A stretch of DNA of 32,000 nucleotides from Candidatus Electronema halotolerans (GTDB lineage Bacteria > Desulfobacterota > Desulfobulbia > Desulfobulbales > Desulfobulbaceae). The DNA lies in assembly GCA_942493095.1 (NCBI GenBank), contig OW818675.1, forward strand, positions 1,350,001-1,382,000, given 5' to 3'. The stretch's first letter is position 1, and each line of letters starts with the position of its first letter. The notes below the pieces were generated by a model that saw only the letters and a list, made by a program, of their open reading frames with translations, was not told the DNA's origin and searched no databases. The translations under genes and the position numbers were made by a program. Below are positions 1 through 8,948 of this stretch, piece by piece.

Positions 1-600
1 CGGATCGTTCATCCAGTTCTTTTCCGGAAATCGCCGCATCGGATTGTTGTCTCCCTTACGGTCTTCCGCATGCAGCCTGTTGTGTGCAGCTTGACTCATC
101 ACTTCAAGATTTGCTGGATCGTTGTTCAATCCATTGTAATCACAATGATGAACTACTTCGTTTTGCCCCAAATTCCTGCCAGTCTGTTGTCGATGGTGGA
201 AATTGGCTATCAGTCGATGTTCAATTTGCCATTTTGGTTTATCTGTTGTAGATAACCAACGATAATATTGAGAAGAATTTTTCTTGAACTGAGCTTCACG
301 TCTGGTCATCAGGCTCAGACTATCACCATGCAGCAGGTCTTTTGCCTCTTTGACACTGCCGTCAGAAAGCACGAAACGATGATTTTCCGTCACTCTCACG
401 CTGTTGCCATCATCAAGGGTGACTTTCACAAGCTGTTTGCCATACCCGGTGATGCGTGGATTGCGCATCATCCGCACTGAAGCACCGCCTTTGCTGTTGC
501 GGCAGAAGACTGGCACATCCTTTCCCTCTTCAGCAAGTTCACGGATGCTTACTGCTCCTCGGCCATCAGCTACGGCAACAAGTGTTTCACCGGCCAGACA
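1..600 (-). other. Intein (partial) in the ribonucleotide reductase, with HNH homing endonuclease domain
   Basis: In frame after ATNP: CLAGETLVAVADGRGAVSIRELAEEG...GYGKQLVKVTLDDGNSVRVTENHRFVLSDGSVKEAKDLLHGDSL (splicing blocks A and B). It is followed by the HNH-like NEVVHHCDYNGLNNDPANLEVMSQAAHNRLHAEDRKGDNNP. Cys1 codon is at 598-600; the C-terminal splice junction is outside the window. Confidence 0.93.
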
Positions 601-1434
601 AGGATTCGTGGCCTCAAATTCGCCAAGTTGCGGCGTGGCATTCGCCCGATTGGCCGCGTCTATGAACAGAACACCTGGCTCGCCGTTGTGCCATGCCAGA
701 TCAACAATCTTGTCAAAAACCTTGGCTGCGTTCATCCGGCAGACTGTTTTGCGGTTGGAAGGGTCAATCAGATCGTATTCCTGATTGTTTCTCGCCGCTT
801 CCATGAACTTGTCCGTGACTGCCACAGAGAAGTTGAAATTGGTGAACTTGCTCTGATCCTGCTTGGCCGTGATGAAGTCCATGATGTCAGGATGATCGAC
901 CCGCAGGATGCCCATGTTGGCCCCGCGCCGCTTGCCGCCCTGTTTGATGGTCTCTGTGGCTGCGTCAAAGACCGCCGCAAAACTGAGCGGCCCGGAAGCC
1001 ACGCCTTGCGTCGAGCGCACTGCTGAATTTTTCGGACGCAGCCGGGAGAAGGAATAGCCAGTGCCGCCGCCGGTCTTATGCACCAGCGCGCCATGATGGA
1101 TGGAGGTGAAGATGCCGTCCATCGAATCCTCGACCGGCAGGACAAAGCAGGCCGAGAGCTGGCCAAGATCAGTGCCCGCGTTCATCAGGCAGGGCGAGTT
1201 GGGGAGAAAATCAAGATGATAGATCATGCGGAAGAACTGCTCGCGCAGCGTCTCGTAGTCTTCCATGCCGCTGTCCACACCCGCGACCGCATCCGCCACC
1301 CGGCGGCAGAGCGATTCCCAGTTTTCCAGCACATTGCCCTGTCCATCCTTGAGGTAGTAGCGGCGGCTCAGTACGGTCTCAGCGGTCTCTGTCAGGAGCT
1401 GTCTGGCAATGCTCCTTGTCATGTCTTTCCCCAT
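1..1434 (-). CDS. nrdJ: Adenosylcobalamin-dependent (class II) ribonucleotide reductase, N-terminal part, interrupted by an intein; runs off the left edge
   Basis: Hand translation of the minus strand gives MGKDMTRSIARQLLTETAETVLSRRYYLKDGQGNVLENWESLCRRVADAV...LDFLPNSPCLMNAGTDLGQLSACFVLPVEDSMDGIF...VHKTGGGTGYSFSRLRPKNSAVRSTQGVASGPLSF...KQGGKRRGANMGILRVDHPDIMDFI...EFEATNP/C. The supplied ORF track misses this frame because its stop lies outside the window. The start could be 1434 or 1422. Confidence 0.93.
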   Translation of the reverse strand, partial: MGKDMTRSIARQLLTETAETVLSRRYYLKDGQGNVLENWESLCRRVADAVAGVDSGMEDYETLREQFFRMIYHLDFLPNSPCLMNAGTDLGQLSACFVLPVEDSMDGIFTSIHHGALVHKTGGGTGYSFSRLRPKNSAVRSTQGVASGPLSFAAVFDAATETIKQGGKRRGANMGILRVDHPDIMDFITAKQDQSKFTNFNFSVAVTDKFMEAARNNQEYDLIDPSNRKTVCRMNAAKVFDKIVDLAWHNGEPGVLFIDAANRANATPQLGEFEATNPCLAGETLVAVADGRGAVSIRELAEEGKDVPVFCRNSKGGASVRMMRNPRITGYGKQLVKVTLDDGNSVRVTENHRFVLSDGSVKEAKDLLHGDSLSLMTRREAQFKKNSSQYYRWLSTTDKPKWQIEHRLIANFHHRQQTGRNLGQNEVVHHCDYNGLNNDPANLEVMSQAAHNRLHAEDRKGDNNPMRRFPEKNWMNDP

Positions 1435-1872
1435 TTTTTTCCCTTTTTGAGCTGTGATCAACAATTGGCTTCAGCGATTGTCCGGCTTGGCGGAACAATG
1501 AAGGCGGGCCTCTTTTCAGAGAAGTGTGGAATCCTTATAACCCAATATGTTGTACTTGCTCAAGCGAAAAATATGCTACCGGTTGTATTTTTTGCTTTCC
1601 AACAAGAAAACGCCTTTTTTCGCGCCGTTCAGAAAACCCGGCCTTTGTCAATCGTGTTTGAGGGCGAAAAATGCCGTTCTGAGCAAAATAGCCTGCCTGC
1701 AGAAAAGCGGGCCGAAATGGCGCGGCAGGGCAAAAATGCTGTTGACAGGCAGCCTTCTCTATGAAATGATGGCAGAGAGAAGGTTGCGATTTTTCCACCG
1801 CACAGCCTGCCGCTGCTGAAAAGGCGGGCAGGTTGTTCGTTTCTGCTGAATTTTTTCTGTCAGGCTGAAATC

Positions 1873-2850
1873 ATGCGTTGTCCCAAATGCAACTACATCT
1901 CCTTTGACGAGATGGAGATATGCGGCGGCTGCAAAAAAAATATTTCCAAGTATTCAAAGGTGCTGCATGGAGTGATCTTCAAAGCGGAAACACCTGATTT
2001 TCTCTGGCTGCAAAAACCGGAAGAAGCGCCGGAGGAGGAGGAGGTTGAGACAGCAGAGGCGGAAGAAGAGGAAATTGCCGGGCCGGAAGAGGATGACGCT
2101 GGCCTTGATATGGGATTGGAAGCGGCTGAGGTGGATGACACCGTGGAATTCGCTGCGGATGGGACAGATGAGATGGAGCTTGATCTTGACAGCCCAGCCG
2201 CTGATGAAGAGCCGCAGGAAATAGAGTTTGACTTGGAAGCTGATGCGGCAGACAGCAAAGAACAGAAAAAACCGCAGGAAATGGAACTTGAGCTGCCGCA
2301 GGAGGATGAATCTCCTGAACTTGATTTTTCCCTTGACAGCGGCGGCGCAGAGGCTGATGAGCAGGAGCTGCCGGAACTGTCCATGGATGGGCTTGATGAC
2401 TTGGATATGCAGCTTGACGATGCGTCTTCTTCTCTTTCCTTGAAAAAGGAAACGTCTTCTGCGCCGAAAAAAGCTCCGCCGAAGCAGGAAAAAGCGGCTG
2501 CCGCACCAGAAGCTTCCTTGGATTTGGATGAATTTGATCTTTCCGGCCTGATGCCGCCTTCTGGCGGACAAGATGAGCATATTGAAGACCTCGGCGGCCT
2601 GAGTCTGGAAAGCGCGGAAAGTGCTGATGCTGGAAAGGGCCGGAAAAAAGACAAGAAGCCTGATGGAGAACAGGAGTTTGACATGCTCTCAGACTTGTCA
2701 ATTGACGGACTTGATCTTGATGCGCCGATTCTGCCGCCTGCCAGCAGCGCAGCAGGTAAAAAAATGCGGCCCGCTGCCAAGACCGGCACGGCTCTTGACA
2801 GTTTCGACATAGATATTGGCGACTTGCTTGGCGGGAGTGAAAAAAAATAA
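1873..2850 (+). CDS. Hypothetical protein: N-terminal four-cysteine zinc ribbon followed by a long Asp/Glu-rich region
   Basis: ORF MRCPKCNYISFDEMEICGGCKKNISKYSKVLHGVIFKAETPDFLWLQKPEEAPEEE...; CPKC/CGGC knuckles, then low-complexity acidic sequence to the C-terminus. Confidence 0.75.
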   Translation: MRCPKCNYISFDEMEICGGCKKNISKYSKVLHGVIFKAETPDFLWLQKPEEAPEEEEVETAEAEEEEIAGPEEDDAGLDMGLEAAEVDDTVEFAADGTDEMELDLDSPAADEEPQEIEFDLEADAADSKEQKKPQEMELELPQEDESPELDFSLDSGGAEADEQELPELSMDGLDDLDMQLDDASSSLSLKKETSSAPKKAPPKQEKAAAAPEASLDLDEFDLSGLMPPSGGQDEHIEDLGGLSLESAESADAGKGRKKDKKPDGEQEFDMLSDLSIDGLDLDAPILPPASSAAGKKMRPAAKTGTALDSFDIDIGDLLGGSEKK

Positions 2851-2899
2851 ACAAAGGCCTTGACAGAACAGGCCAATTTAGAGTATAAAATTGACCTAT

Positions 2900-2975
<76 letters not shown>

Positions 2976-2989
2976 GTGAATATTAAAGG

Positions 2990-3028
2990 ATTTCATGGCA
3001 GCATTGCTTCCATGAAATTCTTTTTTTT
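2990..3028 (+). terminator. Rho-independent terminator downstream of tRNA-Phe
   Basis: ATTTCATGG...CCATGAAAT 9-bp stem followed by TCTTTTTTTT. Confidence 0.75.
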
Positions 3029-3142
3029 TCGCCATATTCTCCTGCCCCGCCCCCATTCTTGTGCGGCTGCAACTGCCTGCTCATCGCGCATGAAATATGG
3101 GTTTCCCAAAAAATACAGCATTTTCAGGTTCAGACAGAGGGC

Positions 3143-6100
3143 TTACCGCTCCCTGCCCTTGCCGCTGTTTCTCCGCCTCGCCTCCGGCCTCTGCATCTGC
3201 AAGGCCAGACACTGCGGCCCGAAAGAGGCTTGCAGCTGCTGGCAGAAGTCCGGGCAGGGCCTGACTTTCAGGTCAGGATGCGGCTCAATGTCAGCCTCGC
3301 CTCTGCCGTCAAAGTGGAGCGTGACCTTGACCGGCACCTTGCCATGAAACTGATAGAGCATATCCTTCAGCTCAGTGAGCTGCTGGCGGCTGGTGCGGGC
3401 TGCTTGAATGGTGATCACCGCTTGCGTGGCGAAGTCCTCCATTGCCTGCGTCAAGGGCATAATATCGTCAGCAATGATGTTTGCCCCGCGCTCGCTGACC
3501 TGCACCGCGCCCTGGACGATCAGCGGCTCCTCGCTGCCAAGCAGGTGGCCGCAGCGGGCAAAGGTCTCCGGGAAGACCACCACCTCAACGCTGGCCGTCA
3601 TGTCCTCGACAGCGGCAAAAGCCATCAGGTCGCCCTTCTTGGATTTATGCTCCTTGTAGCGCTGCATCAGGCCGCCGACCCGCACCACTTGGCCATCGCG
3701 CCAGTTTTCCTGCTGCTCAATGTCCGCGTTGGCAACCATGCGAATGAAGTCAATCACGCCGTCCAGCGGGTGGCCGGTGAGGAAGAAGCCGACCGTCTCC
3801 TTTTCATAAGACAACTTGGTCAGCTGCGGCCATTCCGGGACATCAGGCAGCTTGATCTCCGCCGCCGGATTGCCGCCCTGCTTTGGCCCGGCCAAGGCAA
3901 AAAGATTCATCTGGCCGCTCATCCGGTCGCGCTGCACGCTCTTGGCCTGCTCAATAACCTTGTCCAAGACCTCCATGAGCTGCGCCCGCTTGGCCTTCAG
4001 CGAATCAAAAGCTCCAGCCTTGATTAGGCTCTCCAAGACCTTGCGGTTGACCCGGCTCGAATCAATCCGTCCGCAGAAATCCATCAGTGACTTGTACAGC
4101 CCGCCCTTGCGCCGCTCCTCGATGACTGAATCCAAGGCGGCCCCGCCCACGCCTTTGACCGCAGCCAAGCCAAAACGGATCCGGTCGCGGATGACCGTGA
4201 AGTCGTGGTAGGACTCGTTGATGTCCGGCGGCAGCACCTCAATGTTCATCTGCCTGCATTCGTTGATGTACTTCACCACCTTGTCAGTGTTATCCACGTC
4301 GCAGGAGAGGAGCGCGGCCAAGAACTGGGCAGGATAGTGGGCCTTGAGATAGGCCGTGTGGTAGGCCACCAAGGCGTAGGCGGCGGAATGGGAGTTGTGG
4401 ACAATCAGGCCGTCCGCAACAAAGTTGTGATCCTCCTCCACAGTGAGGTCAAAGGTCGGCTGCTCGCCACGCGCTTCGATGGAAACGACTCTGTCCCAGA
4501 AGATGTCTGAGTCGGCCAGTGCAGCCAGTCGGCTGGAGGCGAAGAACTTTGCCAATTGGGCTAAGGTTGAGCGGCGGAAGCCCAGCTTGACGGCGGAACC
4601 GTTACCCATGAATTCCTTTATGCACAGCCCTGAGCGCGCCTCCAGCTCGCGCCACGTCAAGCCCGCCTGCTGCCGTTCTTCATCCACCCAGTTGCGCACC
4701 TCGGCAGGGATAGTGTCTTCTAAGGGCAGGCCGGGTGGCAAAATGTCAAGCTGTTCAGCCCAGCACGTGCCGTCCGGTGCGGGCAGGTGGCGCGGCGCGG
4801 CTATTCTGTCCCCAGCTTTGAGGTCGCCGAGCAGGGTCCAGCCGTCAAGAGTGCGGAAGGGGTGATTGGCGGTGGCAGTGATCTGATGCCCCTGCGCAGT
4901 CCGCAGCTCAAAGACTGGCTTTTGCCCATTGTCGATGACATCCAGCACCTTGCGCGGACGCAGCTTATAGTCCTCGCCCAGCGCATGAACCATGAAAGCA
5001 CGCGGATTGCTGTGCAGTTCGCCGAGCGTGGTCTGCTCGCCTGTCTCCGCATCAAGTATCCGGGTGGAGCCGACCAAGCACTTATTGAATCCATAAGCCG
5101 CGAACTTAGCCATCAGGTCAAAGACATACGCCGCCTTTTCCTCCGGGATGCCGTTGTTCTTGGCTCCGGCCATGAACTTGCCGCGCTCGGCCTCCATCAC
5201 CTCCGGGATCTTCTTGCCCATCGCCCGGCGGAGGATGTCCGCATCCCCAAGACTGTAGGAAGCAAGGATGTTGGAAATTTTCATCACCTGTTCCTGATAG
5301 ACGATGACCCCGTAGGTCTCCCGCAGCACCTCCTTGATCTGCGGCAGCGGGTATTCGGCAGGGCGACGGCCATGCTTGGTGTCAACAAACTGATCCACCA
5401 TGCCGGAGTCAAGCGGGCCAGGCCGGTACAGGGCGACAAGGGCGACCAAATCCGTGAACTGCTCCGGGGCCATCTTGATCAGCAGCTCGCGCATGCCGTC
5501 GCTTTCGAGCTGGAACACGCCCAAGCTGTTGCCTGCACAGAGCAGATCATACGTCTTGGGATCGTCGGTCGGCAGCTTGTTGAGCTGCACCTCCAGGCCG
5601 ATGTCCTGCTTAATCAGCTTGAGAGCGCGGTCTATCACGGTCAGGGTTTTGAGGCCGAGGAAATCGAACTTGATCAGTCCGGTCATCTCGGTGTACTTCA
5701 TGTCATACTGGGTGATGATCTCCTTTTCCGGGCCAATGCAGACTGGCAGGTACTCCACCATCGGCTTGGGCGAGATCACCACCCCGGCGGCATGGGTTGA
5801 TTTATGCCGGGCCAACCCCTCCAAGGTCTGCGCCACCTTGAGCAGCTTTTCAATCTCTGGCTGCCTCATCTCCTCGCGCAGGCGCGGCTCGTTGGCAATG
5901 GCCTTTTTCAGGGTGATCTTCAGCTCTTCCGGCACCAGCTTGGCAATCCTGTCCACCTGCGGCAGGGGAATCTCCAGCACCCGGCCCACGTCGCGCAAGA
6001 CCGCCCGCGCCTTCATCGAACCATAAGCGACAATTTGGGCCACGTGCTCGTTGCCGCCGTACTTCTGGCGCACGTAGTCTATCACCTCATCCCGCCGGTC

Positions 6101-7330
6101 TTTGCAGAAATCCACGTCAAAATCAGGCATGGAGACCCGCTCGACATTGAGGAAGCGTTCAAAGAGCAGGCCGTAGGGGATAGGGTCGATGTCGGTGATG
6201 GCCATGCAGTAGGCGGCTAGGCTGCCTGCTCCTGAGCCACGGCCTGGTCCTGTAGGGATGCCTTGACTCTTGGCCCAGTTGATGAAGTCGGCCACGATCA
6301 GGAAATAGCCCGCAAAGCCCATCTTCTGGATGACCTTGATCTCCATCTCCAGCCGCTCGCGGTACTCCGCTTCCAGTTCCGGGCCGACCTCCTGCAATTC
6401 GCGCAGCAGGGCCAGCCGCTTTTCAAGGCCGTCGCGGCAGGTGTGCTCAAACAGGCTCTCCAGCGACTCGCCTTTCGGCACCGGGAAGACAGGGAAGTGA
6501 TGTTCGCCAAACTTGAGCTGAAGGTCGCAGCGTTCCGCGACTTCCATCGTGTTGCTCAGGGCTTCCGGGCACCAGCTAAACTGACGGGCCATCACCTCTG
6601 GCGGCTTAAAATACAGCTCGTCAGTGGAGAATTTGAAGCGGCCCGGATCGCTGATCACCCTGCTGGTCTGGATGCAGAGCAGCACCTCGTGGGCGTAGGC
6701 TTCGTCCTGATTGAGGTAGTGGCAGTCATTGGTGGCCACCAGCTTGATGCCGAGGTCGTGGCCCAATTCCTGCAAGCCTGCGTTGACCCTCTTCTGCTCC
6801 GGGATGCCGTTCTCCTGCACCTCGAAATAGAGCCTGTCGCCGAAGAGCTGCTGCAATTCCAGAGCCTTTTGTCGGGCGGCATCCATGCCGCTGTGACTGA
6901 TCAGCCAGGGCACCTCGCCGTGCAGGCAGGCGGAGAGGGCAATCAGTCCTTCATGGTGGCTGGCGAGCAGCTTGCGGCTGATGCGCGGCTTGTAGTAGAA
7001 ACCCTCGGTCTGGGCGACAGAGGCCAGCTTCATCAGGTTGCGATAGCCGTCCTCGTTCATTGCCAGCAGGACGAGGTGGAAGTTGTGGCCCGCGCTCTTG
7101 TCGTGAATAGTATGGTCGGTCTCGGCAATGTACAGCTCGCAGCCGACAATCGGACGCAGGTCGGCCTTCTTGGCCTTGGTGTAGAACTCCAGTGCGCCGT
7201 ACATGGCCCCGTGATCCGTGACCGCAACGGCGTTCATGCCATATTCTTTGGTCTTCTCAATCAGGTCGTTGATGCGGATCGCACCATCGAGCATGGAATA
7301 CTGGGTATGGACGTGCAGGTGGGTGAACAT
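3143..7330 (-). CDS. dnaE: DNA polymerase III subunit alpha, with in-frame intein
   Basis: MFTHLHVHTQYSMLDGAIRINDLIEKTKEYGMNAVAVTDHGAMYGALEFYTKA (PHP domain), PGRGSGAGSLAAYCMAITDIDPIPYGLLFERFLNVERVSMPDFDVDFCKDRRDEVI (polymerase motifs). The ORF track extends to 7483, but ATG at 7330 gives the canonical N-terminus. Confidence 0.97.
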   Translation of the reverse strand: MFTHLHVHTQYSMLDGAIRINDLIEKTKEYGMNAVAVTDHGAMYGALEFYTKAKKADLRPIVGCELYIAETDHTIHDKSAGHNFHLVLLAMNEDGYRNLMKLASVAQTEGFYYKPRISRKLLASHHEGLIALSACLHGEVPWLISHSGMDAARQKALELQQLFGDRLYFEVQENGIPEQKRVNAGLQELGHDLGIKLVATNDCHYLNQDEAYAHEVLLCIQTSRVISDPGRFKFSTDELYFKPPEVMARQFSWCPEALSNTMEVAERCDLQLKFGEHHFPVFPVPKGESLESLFEHTCRDGLEKRLALLRELQEVGPELEAEYRERLEMEIKVIQKMGFAGYFLIVADFINWAKSQGIPTGPGRGSGAGSLAAYCMAITDIDPIPYGLLFERFLNVERVSMPDFDVDFCKDRRDEVIDYVRQKYGGNEHVAQIVAYGSMKARAVLRDVGRVLEIPLPQVDRIAKLVPEELKITLKKAIANEPRLREEMRQPEIEKLLKVAQTLEGLARHKSTHAAGVVISPKPMVEYLPVCIGPEKEIITQYDMKYTEMTGLIKFDFLGLKTLTVIDRALKLIKQDIGLEVQLNKLPTDDPKTYDLLCAGNSLGVFQLESDGMRELLIKMAPEQFTDLVALVALYRPGPLDSGMVDQFVDTKHGRRPAEYPLPQIKEVLRETYGVIVYQEQVMKISNILASYSLGDADILRRAMGKKIPEVMEAERGKFMAGAKNNGIPEEKAAYVFDLMAKFAAYGFNKCLVGSTRILDAETGEQTTLGELHSNPRAFMVHALGEDYKLRPRKVLDVIDNGQKPVFELRTAQGHQITATANHPFRTLDGWTLLGDLKAGDRIAAPRHLPAPDGTCWAEQLDILPPGLPLEDTIPAEVRNWVDEERQQAGLTWRELEARSGLCIKEFMGNGSAVKLGFRRSTLAQLAKFFASSRLAALADSDIFWDRVVSIEARGEQPTFDLTVEEDHNFVADGLIVHNSHSAAYALVAYHTAYLKAHYPAQFLAALLSCDVDNTDKVVKYINECRQMNIEVLPPDINESYHDFTVIRDRIRFGLAAVKGVGGAALDSVIEERRKGGLYKSLMDFCGRIDSSRVNRKVLESLIKAGAFDSLKAKRAQLMEVLDKVIEQAKSVQRDRMSGQMNLFALAGPKQGGNPAAEIKLPDVPEWPQLTKLSYEKETVGFFLTGHPLDGVIDFIRMVANADIEQQENWRDGQVVRVGGLMQRYKEHKSKKGDLMAFAAVEDMTASVEVVVFPETFARCGHLLGSEEPLIVQGAVQVSERGANIIADDIMPLTQAMEDFATQAVITIQAARTSRQQLTELKDMLYQFHGKVPVKVTLHFDGRGEADIEPHPDLKVRPCPDFCQQLQASFGPQCLALQMQRPEARRRNSGKGRER
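4394..5080 (-). other. DnaE intein, 229 aa, no obvious homing endonuclease
   Basis: GFNK/CLVGSTRILDAETGEQTTLGEL...GHQITATANHPFRTLDGW...VVSIEARGEQPTFDLTVEEDHNFVADGLIVHN/SHSAAYALVAYHTAYLK. Cys1, a TxxH-type block B and the terminal His-Asn followed by Ser+1 are all present. Removing it restores the contiguous DnaE sequence GFNKSHSAAYA. Confidence 0.95.
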
Positions 7331-7521
7331 GAGGAAAAAGAAGATAGAAAAAACTGGAGAGACAAGCGGCGGTCTCAAGAAAAACTTCTCAGATAGCCGC
7401 AGAGCAATTCCGCACAGACATGAATCTGGCAAAATCCAGCACCTGTCTTGCCACGTCATCCGGCAGGACGGCAACCTTGTCAAGACCCGGATGATTGCAT
7501 TCCGGCTTTTTAAACAAATCA

Positions 7522-7722
7522 GGTAACTACTCAGCCACTAAATAGCGACACATAGAACCGTTTAAACCACAACATATTGTGTTTTTACCTGAAAAACACG
7601 AAGAAATAAGGTGAAAAACAGGACTTCCAAGCTACCAGAAAACAAGCTTATTTTGCATAAAAATACAACATGCAGTGGTTTCAGTCGTAAATAAATCTAC
7701 ATCCGGTGGCTAAGTAGTTACC
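7522..7722. repeat. Candidate MITE or degenerate IS ends: ~17-bp terminal inverted repeats around ~200 bp
   Basis: GGTAACTACTCAGCCAC (7522-7538) versus GTGGCTAAGTAGTTACC (7706-7722), one mismatch when reverse complemented. AAATCA direct repeats immediately flank it (7516-7521 and 7723-7728). Confidence 0.5.
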
Positions 7723-8657
7723 AAATCAGGATGTGTTTTTCTCCATTTGTCAAGTGCCTCTGTCGGCGTGACATGACCGAGGTTTCTTTGAGGAATATTG
7801 AGATTATAGATAGCAAGATACTGCATTAAAGTCTCTTCAAGCTGCTGGGCGGAGTCAAAACGGGTCTGCTGAACAACTTCTTGAATCCTGCCGTTGAAGC
7901 GTTCAACCATGCCGTTTGTCTGCGGCTTTTTCGGTTTGATCAAGCGATGCTCAATACCGTGCTCCGCGCATTCCTGATCGAAGATATGGTTTCCAGTCGG
8001 CTTCCGTTCGCCTGTCGGACAGAAACGGTCAGTGAACTCCTTGCCGTTATCAGTGAGAATCTTAGAGATGAGAAAAGGAGCCTTCTTGACGAGATTCTTC
8101 AAAAAGAACGGGCTTCCTCCGCTGTCTTCGAGTCGTGAATTTCCATATAAACCCATCTGGTCGCCCTGTCAACCGCGACGAACAAATATTTCCTGCTTTC
8201 TTCATCCGGCATCTTCGGGAGGTATTTGCATGTCGGCATGAATAAAGCCCGGTTTGTAATCCTTGAATGTTTTCGCAGAGTTTTCCTGTTTGTCCTCCTT
8301 GGAGATCAGGTCTTTCAGGTTTGAAACCCCGTGCCGTCTAAGGCAGCGGTCAAGGGCGGAACGAGACATCTTAGAAAATAAAAATTTCCGCACAACAACA
8401 AGGAGATCGTCTATAGGAAGCAGCAGCGATGTCCGCAATTCAATCACAATCTCCTCTTGGAAGGCTGTGAGGCTCGTGTTCAAATTATGCGGCGTATGCG
8501 AATAATCTTCAACAGTATCGCGATGTTTCCATTTGCGGACTGTATCCCTGCTGATGCCGTATTTAGCGGCGAGCTTCCGTTCAGAGAGTGTTGACTGCTG
8601 AATTTCACGGCGAATTGCAGGGGTTGTCCGTGCTCTTTTATGCAGTGTGATGTTCAT
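7710..8657 (-). mobile_element. IS481-family-like transposase, probably inactive (two frame disruptions)
   Basis: MNITLHKRARTTPAIRREIQQSTLSERKLAAKYGISRDTVRKWKHRDTVEDYS..., then (shifted frame) YLPKMPDEESRKYLFVAVDRATRWVYMEIHDSKTAEEARSF, then (original frame) ISKILTDNGKEFTDRF...GIEHRLIKPKKPQTNGMVERFNGRIQEVVQQ. This is an HTH plus rve/DDE integrase core. The coding frame shifts near 8228 and returns near 8103. Confidence 0.85.
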
Positions 8658-8870
8658 GATGACAAACCGGGCTGTTCATGTTCTGACAATATCTCGCTGA
8701 TCCGCTCCCGCGCTCGGAACAACGGCCAGCTCCTTCTCGGTATATTATCATACGGGGCTTGACACCTGACTTGCGGAAGAACGTTCATTGCTGTGCGGAG
8801 GATGATATTTTATCGCCGCCGGACTGCGGAGGCTGAAATTCTTGCATGTCTCGCCCTCCTCCATTGCCCA

Positions 8871-8906
8871 AAAAAAGCCCCTGCCAAAAATATAGCAGAG
8901 GCTTTT
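8871..8906 (-). terminator. Rho-independent terminator of the RCC1-repeat gene
   Basis: Minus strand AAAAGCCTCTGCTATATTTTTGGCAGGGGCTTTTTT: GC-rich stem with T-run. Confidence 0.65.
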
Positions 8907-8948
8907 CGTTGACCAGCAGGCAGGCTCCTGCTGGTTATGAGGCTGATT

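Noticed and set aside
70-1026. Short + strand ORFs over the nrdJ region
   Set aside because: The minus strand encodes a continuous ribonucleotide reductase/intein frame omitted from the ORF track only because it leaves the window.
1435-1870. Possible cobalamin riboswitch upstream of the B12-dependent reductase
   Set aside because: I could not find a recognisable B12-box or the expected leader structure. A covariance search (Rfam cobalamin model) would be needed to decide.
3059-7396. Multiple + strand ORFs (e.g. 3059-4027, 4787-5800, 6263-7396) opposite dnaE
   Set aside because: They lie antisense to a confidently identified dnaE, and the products have no recognisable motifs.
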